A stretch of 64,000 nt of DNA from an uncultured Planctomycetia bacterium (GTDB lineage: Bacteria > Omnitrophota > Gorgyraeia > 2-02-FULL-51-18), in the NCBI GenBank assembly GCA_964642015.1, contig CAZXLF010000002.1:95678-159677 (forward strand). Reading direction: 5' to 3'. Of the stretch, positions 27,686 to 38,700 are shown in pieces; the stretch's first letter is position 1, and the number at the start of each line of letters is the position of its first letter. The notes under the pieces were generated by a model. It worked only from the letters and a program-made list of their open reading frames with translations. It searched no databases and was not told the origin of the DNA. The translations under genes and the position numbers were made by a program.

Positions 27686-27773
27686 GTTTAAACGCAAAAG
27701 TGCCAGGCACGAAGGGCTTGGAAATAAGGTTAGTACCTGGCACTTTGACATAAATGGGGCTGTAAATCAGTAA

Positions 27774-28994
27774 ATGCCGAGGTTACCAAGGATCCACGTA
27801 GAATCAGCGATCTATTACGTAACTTCGCGGGCCCTGCGCGACCAGGAAATATTTAAGGAAAAGGCGGATTATCAAATGTATATTGAGCTTCTGAGCAAAT
27901 ATAAAAGCCAGCATAAATTCCTGCTTTATTCCTTTTGCTTATTGCCCGACCGCTTGAGCCTGCTGATAGAAACCAGCGATGATGCCACAATATCTGAGAT
28001 CATGCATGACTTGAACTCTCTTTACACGAAATATTTCAATGGGCGATATCAAAAGAGGGGGCATCTTTTTGAATCACGTTTCCGATCGGTCCTAGTGGAA
28101 AAACAGAATTTCCTTTTAAAAATGACACGCTTCATCCACCAATTACCCGGCGATTCTTTTAAAAATTATCCTTACACGAGCTACCATTTTTACGTTCAAC
28201 GCCCCGAAAGCGTGCCCGCGATCGATCTGACAGCGGAAGTCAGAACAGTCAAGGAATTCTTGGTCCAGTTGAGCGATCCTGATGCTTACGAAAAATATTG
28301 CCTCCAGGGCGATAAGAGCGAGATAGAAGAGTTAGCCAAAAGTCTAAAGCGCGGATCCGTGCTGGGATCCGACACATTTACCGCAGAAGTCCGCAATCGG
28401 ATCAAAGTGCATACCGAAAGCCAAAAGGAAACATCGGCCGGTGTTCAAGGATTAGGAAGATCTCAAAGAGTCGTTATTATGATGATCGGAGCCTTAGTGC
28501 TTGTTGCCACAGCTTCCTCGATCTACCTCTATATAAGCAAGACGTCGTTGGAAAATAAATATGCGCAGCTTCTGTCACAGAAAGAAGCCGAGTTCAAAGA
28601 GAAGATAAAATTTGAAAATCGAAATCCATTAGCGCCGACAGATCTTGAAGGGACCGAATGGATGATTGACCTGGTTCCTTTAAACGGGGATAAGAAAGAA
28701 ACTATTAAAGATAAAATATCTTTTAAACTGAGACACGTCACATCAGAACATTTCTCCTCCTTGGGTTTCAGCGGCACTAATTATTCTGTAACTTCAAATT
28801 CAAAAGGACTTGTTGTTTGGGAAACGATCCAATCGACGCCTAACGGTGACAGCCTCAGTTGGCGAGGTGACTGGGAGGGGGATGCAATGAAGGGAATTTT
28901 AAGTGTGCATTCTGCCGGCAAAGAAGCACAAGATTTTTCGTTTTTCAGCGTGAAATGGAGCTATCTGCATGAAGCTAAACAGTCAGAAAAATAA
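27774..28994 (+). CDS. fusion protein: N-terminal degenerate IS200/IS605-like (HUH/Y1 transposase-fold) domain + TM helix + periplasmic domain paralogous to 26765..27439 product
   Basis: PRIHVESAIYYVTSRALRD ... YQKRGHLFESRF resemble IS200 TnpA/RAYT, but HUH position reads DRLSLL (His lost) and catalytic Tyr region is GHLFESRF; TM VVIMMIGALVLVATASSIYLYI; C-terminal GTEW...GFSGTNY...VWETIQ...RGDWEGDAMKGILS aligns with upstream protein. Confidence 0.55.
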   Translation: MPRLPRIHVESAIYYVTSRALRDQEIFKEKADYQMYIELLSKYKSQHKFLLYSFCLLPDRLSLLIETSDDATISEIMHDLNSLYTKYFNGRYQKRGHLFESRFRSVLVEKQNFLLKMTRFIHQLPGDSFKNYPYTSYHFYVQRPESVPAIDLTAEVRTVKEFLVQLSDPDAYEKYCLQGDKSEIEELAKSLKRGSVLGSDTFTAEVRNRIKVHTESQKETSAGVQGLGRSQRVVIMMIGALVLVATASSIYLYISKTSLENKYAQLLSQKEAEFKEKIKFENRNPLAPTDLEGTEWMIDLVPLNGDKKETIKDKISFKLRHVTSEHFSSLGFSGTNYSVTSNSKGLVVWETIQSTPNGDSLSWRGDWEGDAMKGILSVHSAGKEAQDFSFFSVKWSYLHEAKQSEK

Positions 28995-29799
28995 GAAAGA
29001 GCATTTAGAGTTGCTGAAATTTTTATCAGGGCAAAGAAAAGAAATTTTGCCGTTCTGGCGTATCGTTGACTTTCAGCCTAATGATCTTTCTGTTTTGGAA
29101 TCCATGCATCGTGTTTCATGGAGACGCTATGTCTCTTCGATAGCTATGATCTTTCTGATCAGTGGATCGTGCGTTTTTATCGGGTTGATGAAGGGTCGGC
29201 CCGCTTGGGCATCCACAACAAAAGAGGATAGCGGTCTTGCCAGTAATGAAGGAGAGTTAAAGATTGAAGATATCAAACCGCTGAATGAGGACGGAGAAGA
29301 ACTTAAAGAAGATGCGGCGATCGCGGCAAAAGCCAAAGAATCTCATTTTGTGAGCGTGGAAAAGAAAAGACCTGCGAAACCGGCAGCATCGGACCTTCTT
29401 GGGCCTCAGCCTAAAAAAGGTTACAAGCCGAAGATATATATGGCGCCTCTTGATCCCGATGACGCTAAGATGAAAGGCATTGTAAAAAGTGTCACCGGGA
29501 AAATGACGGTTAAAAATACCAATGGATTGGCCGTCGAATATCAGGTCGATAAAGCGACGCATACTCCTAGAGAGATGTGGCTTAATTTTGTGGGCGGTAT
29601 GGAAGTGGCTAAAGCAAAGAGCATGGATGAGATTCAGCCGGGCGATACGGTCAAGGTCACTTATAAAATGCCCAAAGATGAATCCAGGAAAATCCTAACA
29701 AAAGTGGAGTTGGTTAAGCACAAACCTGTTCAAGTTGATGAATCTACTGCTAGCGGCACCAAAGAAGCTTCTTCTTTTCTTATGGATAAAAACTTATGA
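28969..29799 (+). CDS. hypothetical membrane protein (single TM, Lys/Pro-rich linker, C-terminal beta-rich domain)
   Basis: 276 aa; TM IAMIFLISGSCVFIGL; GGAG RBS 8 nt upstream; stop overlaps giant gene start (ATGA). Confidence 0.5.
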   Translation: MKLNSQKNKKEHLELLKFLSGQRKEILPFWRIVDFQPNDLSVLESMHRVSWRRYVSSIAMIFLISGSCVFIGLMKGRPAWASTTKEDSGLASNEGELKIEDIKPLNEDGEELKEDAAIAAKAKESHFVSVEKKRPAKPAASDLLGPQPKKGYKPKIYMAPLDPDDAKMKGIVKSVTGKMTVKNTNGLAVEYQVDKATHTPREMWLNFVGGMEVAKAKSMDEIQPGDTVKVTYKMPKDESRKILTKVELVKHKPVQVDESTASGTKEASSFLMDKNL

Positions 29800-32700
29800 G
29801 CAATGGATCGGAACGCATAATAGAGAATTTTAAAAGGACAGCACACAGACAGATTAAGCCCTGTGTCTTTTTATTCTCTTTAGCATTTGTGTTCCAGCTC
29901 TTTCTTTGTTCTGATGCTTCCGCTGTGCAGATCAATAAAATTTATCGAGGTATTGTTAGTTTTGACGTAGGCGATGTCCTTCAGTCCGTTAACTTGGGTG
30001 CCAACGTTGATCCTACGAAGACCATAGTTTTAGTCAGCTCCACAGGCCGTGATTCTGTTTCAAGAACTCAAGGTGAAGGAAATTATTGGTTTGCGGGAGT
30101 TCTTGCCGGAACCGATACGGTGGTGCTGAAAAGACTGCGTTCTGATATGACCGGGTCTGTAGCTTGGCAAGTCATTGAATTTAATGATGGCGTGAAAGTC
30201 CAGTCAGGAGAAACTATTTTGGATGTTGTTGCTGGATCAGCGGGATTATCGAGACAAGTTGATCTTCCGACGCAGATCAGTGATACGACAAAAGCAGTCC
30301 CGATCATTCAATTCATGAGCTCTCTCGGAGCCGGACAAAACGTCGCCCCTCAGCCGGTTTACCAGAACACTGATCAGTATATGTTTTTTCCAACCCTTTT
30401 TCAGAACGGTAGTATCACGGAACTTCAAATAGATCGTACTCGATGCACGACGGTTAACAGGGCCCGCGCTGCCGATATTATTTGGCAGGTGATCGAATTC
30501 CAGACTGATGCGCGTGTGATCAGTGGGCAGACGATGATGTATGTGCCCGGTAGCACCGGCGGACGATCCGCGTCTAACGTTCGCCCTCAAACAGCAACGA
30601 ATGATGGGACTGCTTTCCCCGCAAATACGGTTTGCGCAAATACTGGTGGTGTTTGTTCTGCTTTTACGAATTCAAGCGCATTCAGCCCCACTTTGTCTAA
30701 TAGCGGCCAGAACGCAATGCTGTTTTTTAACGTATTACCGGGCGTTTCCACTGTGAACAACTCTCCCGTTGGATGGTCATCGACAAGCAGTAACGCAAAT
30801 ATGTCTACGAACGGATATAGCGGTGAAGATGCTTACCTTTATGTGCGTGGTACTATTACCAACAACACGACCGTAACGTTTACCCGCGCCGCAGCCCCTA
30901 GTACCGCAAACACGAATCTTCTTATAAAATATTGGGTCGTGGATTTTGTGGAAGGAGGCAGTGGTTCTTCCTATATAGGGTTGGGACAAAAAGGCAACGA
31001 TGCGGGCCAAACCACCGCTGCGCCGGCCACGGTTTCAGTCAGCAGTGAAGCCGCGGGTACTTCAGATATTATCGTGACGTGCGGTTCTAACCACGGGTTC
31101 ACACAATATAAATTGACCAATTTTTCTCCAGGCACTAATACAACTCAATGCGAAGCGAGCGGTTCTTGGATTGTGGGTACTCAAACCTGGACTGCGGCGA
31201 CTTTTAGTGAAGATGGGTCAGGAACCACCATTTCCTCAACCAATAGTGCTTCAGTGTCCCAAGGAATTGAAACTGCTTTGAATACGACCACGGCATTGGA
31301 TAGAATGATGAATGTCGGCTATGTAGCCGCTACTGTAGCAGCGCCTTCTACGGTTAACATCTCTTCGTCTGCCAATAGCGGTACCGTCAATATATCATCT
31401 TCGACAAATACCACTACCTATAATATTTCAGCGTCAACGAATAGCCCTTCGTTCAATATCGCATCTTCTACCAACGCCAATCCTATTGTGATCACGACGT
31501 CCGCCGCTCATGGTTATTCCAATGGCGATATAGTCCAGGTCATGAATCATCAGACCAACACGGCTGCCAACGGGACCTGGACAGTGGCTGGTGTGACGGC
31601 GACTACTTTTCAATTGACTGGTTCGAATGGCAATGGCGTCGGTGGTGCGACCGGCACTGTGCAAAGATGCATCAAGATCACAACCACTGCGACGAATACT
31701 TATGCGACAGGCGATCTCATTACCGTCAGCGGCCATACAATTAATACGAACGCGAACGGTACTTGGCCGATCACAGTGATTGACGGGACGCATTTTTATC
31801 TTCAGGGCGCGCTTGGCAATGGAACAGGTGGTACGACAGGCACTGTTGCCAATGCGATTAAGATCACAACCTCCGGTGCCCATGGTTTAAGTACTGGTTA
31901 TGAGGCGTATATCAGCGGCCATACAACAAATACCAACGCGAATGGTACTTGGACCGTCAATGTGCCGACTGGCAGCACGACAACATTTAATCTTGTCGGA
32001 TCTACAGGTAATGGCACCGGCGGAGCAACAGGCACTGTAGGAAGAATAGTTACTGTGACTACAGCCGCAAGCCATAACCTTGCCGTAGGCAATGAAGTTT
32101 ATATCACAGGGCATACATTGGATACCAATGCGAATGGTACCTGGACTGTTTTGACTGCTCCCACCGCGACGACTTTTACGATTGCGGCGGCAGCTAACGC
32201 GGCTGGCGGCGCAACCGGCACGATTGCGTTATATAATGAAGCGGCTCTTTCGACGACATATACCTATGTCGATGACTTGAGTTTTATAAACTATGCTTAC
32301 ACTCGTACCAATCCGTATTTGATTACATTGCGCGATTCCAATTCTAGAGGTATCGCGGCAAGTATAGATTATTTAACCTATGAATTTCCGGCAGTCACTT
32401 TAAAAGTGCCGAACGGCGGTGAAACTTGGGCAGTGGCTGACAGTAATTTTACGACCAACAATAAGATCACGTGGAAAACTTCGGTGAACAATTCCGCGCA
32501 TAACTGGAAACTTCAATACTCCACGAACGGCGGCACAAGCTGGACAGATATGGGAAGCTGGTGCGGTGGGGCAGGAACTTCCGCTTGCAGCAGCAGCTCT
32601 CATGATCTGGGAACCCAAGGCACGGCCGGCATAACTTGGCGTGTGCCGGATGCTTTGAATGATGCGGGTCCGCCGGCAAATCTTATCGGGTCAAATTTAA

Positions 32701-35700
32701 AACTCAGGATCGTGGATACAGAAGATGCTTTGTATAACGGTGGTACGGAAGGAGCACCCAACTATCCCGAACTGCGTATCAAAGACGCGTCAAACTCCGC
32801 ATTCAAAGTATACGGGACCATTACAAATGTTGTGACCAATCCGGACGCCACCGGCTCGAATTATTGGGGCTATAACGCGTCGAGCCGTCAGGTCCGCTGG
32901 AACCAAACCGGTAATGTCGGCACCGTGAGGATCAACATTGATTACAATAAGGATGGCGTTTTCGATTCTAATGATAACGGAACATTCGGCGGAGTTGCTC
33001 TCACGGGTTATCCGGCGCAGAGCGGTATTACGGTCGGAGCCGGTAATCTGGTCAGCGGTAATACGTATTATGTGAATTGGAATAACGCTTGGGATTATTC
33101 AACAACAGGATTGAAAGTTCAGATCGCGGCTGATACGGATAGTTCAGGAACGGGTAATGAACACGGTGAATCCGCCGCATTTGAAATAAGACCTACGATC
33201 ACTTTAACGGCTCCAGCTAGTTCATCCTCTGTGAACCGTGGAAAATCAACCAATATTACTTGGACATCGTCGGGACAGATCGGGAATTGCGACATATATC
33301 TTTCATACAATAACGGTGCGGACGGGTATCCTACCAAGTTGAACGGCTCAGCAGTTAATGGCGATGGTGGAACATGGGCATGGAATGTTAGCTCAACTGA
33401 AACACTCACCAGCGGTGCAAAGCTTTGTATTGTACGACAAGGTTCTACTCCGGCCAGCTTCACAGTCGGCGACACAGGTCCGCACGGAGGTACTGGCGCT
33501 TTCAGTATTTTATCATCCGTTGCTCTTACAAATCCTGTGGCAGCTCAAAATCCCCCTTGGGTGGTGAATGCGGATCAGACGATTGCTTGGACGACTTCAG
33601 GCGGCAGCGGTGTGACGAATGTAGATCTTTTGTATCGTACGGATTGTGCGGGTTCGCCTAATTGCGGAGGTACAACATCAGGTTGGACGGCTGTTCCAAG
33701 CGCGACGAATATCACGAATAACGGCTCGTTCACATGGTTTTCTTTGCCGGCAAGCTTGCAAGGAACCTCGACTGGTATCCGCGTGCAAGACCACAACAAT
33801 GCCACTACTATTTATGATCAAGTTGGTCCGTTCACGACCAAGCCCAGCGTTTCATTCGATAATGTGACGGATACTCCGAACTCATCCACGGTTTGGAGGG
33901 TAGGCGATAATCAAACGATCACATGGCATAAAAACGGCACCACAGGAAATTTAACGGTGGTTTGGGGCACTAACGGTCCCGGCGGACCATGGCCTAATAC
34001 GATCGCGACCGGAGTTACTGGCACTTCGACACCGTGGAACAATATCCCAGCTGGTGCGATCTCTAACAATGTTTCCATTAGAGTTTATGATCCAGGGGAT
34101 TCTACTTATGTTACAGGTGCTTCACAGGCTTTTTCGGTGAAAGCAAATATCACAAATGTGGTTTTAAGAAAGGGCACATTGGGCACTGACCCTATAAGCG
34201 CGTCATTCCAGATCGATGATCCAATGAGAATTGAATGGAGTGTCAGCCCTTCGAACCTCAGCGATACCGTTGATATTAAACTTGATACAAATAGCGGTAA
34301 AGGTGCTGATGGAATTGCCGGCAACGCAGATGATTTTCAAACGTACACGATCGCGAGTGTTCCTGCTTCACAGGGTTATGCGCTTTGGAATCCGATTTCG
34401 AACAATAGCGCCTACGTTTCATCTAAAGCTCGTATCCGTGTTGTTTCTCAAGTGGATTCCGCGGTCAAAGCTGATTCGGGCGGAGGCTCTTCGGATTTTG
34501 CCATTAACGGTGTGCTCTATATCACAGACCCTGTCGGTTCTCCGTGGAAGATCGGACAGGTTCAAAATATTAATTTTACCGCGAAAGGTGTTCCGAATGT
34601 AGATATCATTTATGCGCTGAATGGCATCACGTTCAATGATATTGCGACACAGACCAAAACAGTCGTGACCGGTTACGCTTCGGCTAGCGGCGTGTATCAA
34701 TGGACGATACCCAATGACGCTCTTGATATTGCTTCATCCAGCATATTCAATGACACAAAGACCACTATTAAATTCAGGGTCAAAGACCCGAATAATTCAA
34801 ATGTTTATGCGACAACCACGACTGCTCTTACGTTGCGTAAGCAATATCAGAACATCGCCGTGCCCGCTTCGGTCCTGCATGTCGACGACAACAGCGCGCA
34901 ATTAAGCAATATTACTTGGACCACAAAAGGGAACACCGACACTTCGCATCCTGTAAAACTTTATTACGATCTGACGAGCGGATCCGGCGGTTATGCAAAT
35001 ACTATTCCAGTGAGCGGAAACAATATTACCGACGTTGGTGGTTATGTTTGGCAGGTGCCGGCAAGCGCTATATCCAATAATGTCAGGATCAAAGTGGCTT
35101 CTGCCACGGATACCGGTACTGTTTATGACACAATGACGTCAGATTTTACTATTCGCGGTTGGTTTGCTTTCACTACGCCGCCTGCGAGTCCGGCGGATAT
35201 TTTGAGAATAGGCGGCAACTATACCATTCAATGGACCAATCACGGCGTGTTCCCTGACGCAGGAAATCCCAATCATCGCAATGTGTCACTCCTTTATTCA
35301 AAAGATGGCACCAACTATACAAATATCGTAACTGATGGAGCGACGTTTTATACCAATGGCAGTCAGAGTTATACGTGGTCCAACATACCTTATGCGGCGC
35401 GCGGTGCCACGTCTTTGAAAGTCCAATATGATGCGGACTCTTCGAACACTTATTTAGTGTCCCCGGCTATCAAAACAAAACCGTCAGTGAGCGTTACTTC
35501 GCCCAGCGGCGGTACTTATCATATTGGAGACGCGGTACCGATCCAGTTTACCCACACCGGCGCTACGGATGGAAGCGACGTTTATAGAGCGAGGTATTCG
35601 ATCGATGGAGGAACGACCTGGACCACGATCGGGACCATTGCGGCCAACAGCGCGAATATGACTTATTCTCCGGCGTTTACGGTTCCTAATGTTGCTAACA

Positions 35701-38700
35701 TCGTTGCCGGGAGCGGTAAATTTAAGATCAGAGTTGAGTTGGTTGGTGATGAGACCGATGTGACCTCTGATTCATCAGGAAATCAAATATTAGGTAGCTT
35801 AGGACCGATGACACCGACCGCATCAGGAATAACCTGGACAGCCGCGGATACTACACGCCAGATCACATGGACTCCACAGGGTATTACCACAGTTAAAATT
35901 GAATACGCAACCGATGGCGTAACATTTAATAACGTTATTGCAAGCTCCGCAACTGGTAATAGCTATACATGGCCGTCAATACCGGGATCTGCAGTCAGTG
36001 ATAATGTAAAGATCCGTATCACGGCCCAGGATACGAACGATAGCGTGACTTCGATCACGTCAGGGAATTCATTGACCATCGTGCCCCAATTAGTTTTGGT
36101 GGCGCCTAACGGCCCATCGACCCGCACGGTCGGCGCCGCTATGCCGATCACATGGACATCCAGCGGTGCGGGCAATATTAAATTGGAATACACGACCAAT
36201 GCCAACGCCGGATCTCCGACATGGACCACTTTGACCAATTATTCCAATTTTGACAGCACGCCTCAATCGGATAATAGCGCAACTGTTCCTGACGCGATCA
36301 GCAGTCATGTAAAATTCAGACTCTCGAATGTTACGGCAAATCCGAATCTACAAGTTTACAGTACTTCTAATACAGAATTTGCGATCCAAGGCGGATTAAC
36401 TTTGAATAATATTGCCGGACCTTTTACTTTGGGAGATACGGTTAATGTGACGTGGACTCCCAATGGATCAATGGGCAATATCACGGTCGAATATTATAAC
36501 GGTAGTTCGTGGAGCACAATGACGACTACGGCGCCGCAGGCAGGGCCATATGCGTTGGTTTTGGATACGGTCAACAGTATTAACACAGCGACTAATCTGG
36601 CCAAGGTGAGAATATCCGCGACGAACGGCTTGGCTCCTGCGACTACATCCTCAGCTTTCACGGTCAAACCGTATCTTACAGTGACGAGTCCGGCAGGCAA
36701 TGAGGCGTGGGTTGTTGATTCTTCTCAAAATATCGGATGGACGATCAAAGGGTCCAACATTTCGCAGGTTTCGATCTATTATTCAAAAGATAGCGGGACT
36801 ACATATAACAATCTGATCATTGATCCCTTGAACATCAATTTCGGCGGCGGGAATAACATGACCTATTCCTGGACGATTCCGGATGATATTCAGGCAACGA
36901 AAAATATGAAGGTGAAAGTCTCCACCCTTCCATTATCCGACCCGTGGGCAACTAGTGCTGTGTCGAATGGTCTTTTCCAGATCGTCGGGCAATTAGCGAT
37001 GAAGATACCTGATAATACGACACCGATCCAATGGCGCGTGGGATCCAACGGCAATATTATCAAGTGGACCAATGTTCATGGTTCGGTCGCAAACGTTGAA
37101 CTTGATTATTCGACGGCGGGCGATGGAGGTCCCTGGACAGCGATCACGACTTCAACAACATCGGGAGGCCCAGGAGATCACACCTTCTCCTGGGATATAG
37201 CCAATAATTTTTCTATCGTGAAAAATAATTTCCGTATTCGCGTGTTGGATGCAGCAAATAATAATGTTTCTAACGCTTCCACTGCTACAAGCTCCACTTT
37301 GGCTAACTTCACGATCACTCATCCCACAAGCGGTGATGTGTGGGTCGCTGAAACAACGAATACAATACAATGGTCCACACCCAGTGCTGGTGTTCCATCA
37401 AATGTGAAAATTGAATATTGCTTATCAAGCTGCGGAACTCCTGGGAATTGGAATCCTATCCCTGAAAATGACGGTACTCCAAACGATGGTATTGTGACAA
37501 ACTCCGGTTCTGTGAACTGGACGCTTGGCACAACACGCACTAACTCCGCTCAGATCAGAATTTCAGATCCCAATGATTCCAGCAGCATTATTACCGGAAC
37601 CGCATTCAAAATAAGGGGAGATTTTACCGTCACCTCACCCACAACTGGACTTGAGTCTTGGGATATTAACAGTACTCACGCGATCACTTGGACAAAGAAA
37701 GGCAATGTCTCAACCGTGAAATTACAGTATTCCAATAATGGCGACGCAGGACCGTTCAATGCTTTGGTGGATGGAAATTCCGCCGACACGCAGAATATTG
37801 ATGTTTCGGGTGTGGGCCCTACATATACTTTTAACTGGAAGATCCCGGATATTGCAGGACAGACTTCTGTTCATGCCAAGATCCGTGTAGTGGATACTTC
37901 TGATAGCACAGTCTATGCGACATCAGGCAACGAATTTACGATTAAGGGCCATGTGAATCTGTCTCAACCGAACGGTGGCCAGACTCTCACCGTGGGCTCT
38001 ACCTATAATATAACAGGTACTGTGGATGGTGTCGGCATCACGAATGTGCGTATGTATTATTCGACGGACGGCGCGACATTTCCGATGGGTATTAACGAAA
38101 CGTCCGGTGGTTTGGTCGTGCCGGTTTCCTCAGGCACTTTCAGTCAAGCATGGAGCATTCCTGATCATATAGGCACTAACACACTTGTCCGCGTTGAAGA
38201 TTCTACCAATTCAACCGTTAATGCTATTTCAGCATCCACATTCTCCATCAAAGGCGGTGCGACGATAACCGCACCTACCGGGACCAGTGTCTGGGTCGCA
38301 GGAACTCAACAAAATATAGTATGGGACAGGAATGGTACGATCGGTAACGTAGATCTGTATTATCAGGTGAATGGTGGAGCTTGGACCGCGATAGCGACGG
38401 GAATTAGTTCGCCCAATCCGACAGGCAACACTTTCCCCTGGACCATTCCTTCAAATAATATTGTGTCGAATAATGTAAAGATCAAGATTGACGGCACCAA
38501 TCTCGCAACTCCGGCAATTTCCTCCGCATTCACTGTGAAAGGTTCTATCGCGATTACTTATCCTGACGCTACAGGCATTGTTAAAAGTTTGGGTGATTCT
38601 CTGACAGTGACTTGGAATGTGCAAGGCGATATTGGGAATGTGCAGGTTGAATACTATAATGGCTCTGCTTGGAGCACGATCACGACGACCGCTACTCAGG

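Noticed and set aside
27522-27773. 83-aa ORF (TTG start) between the secreted protein and the IS200-like fusion
   Set aside because: It coincides with the hairpin-dense leader and terminator. The product is highly basic and low-complexity, with no RBS. It is better explained as structured RNA.
27774-28994. Calling this ORF an active IS200/IS605 transposase or mobile element
   Set aside because: Both His of the HUH motif and the catalytic Tyr appear substituted. No sub-terminal hairpins or IS ends flank it. It is fused to TM and periplasmic domains. I treat it as a domesticated fold, not a mobile element.
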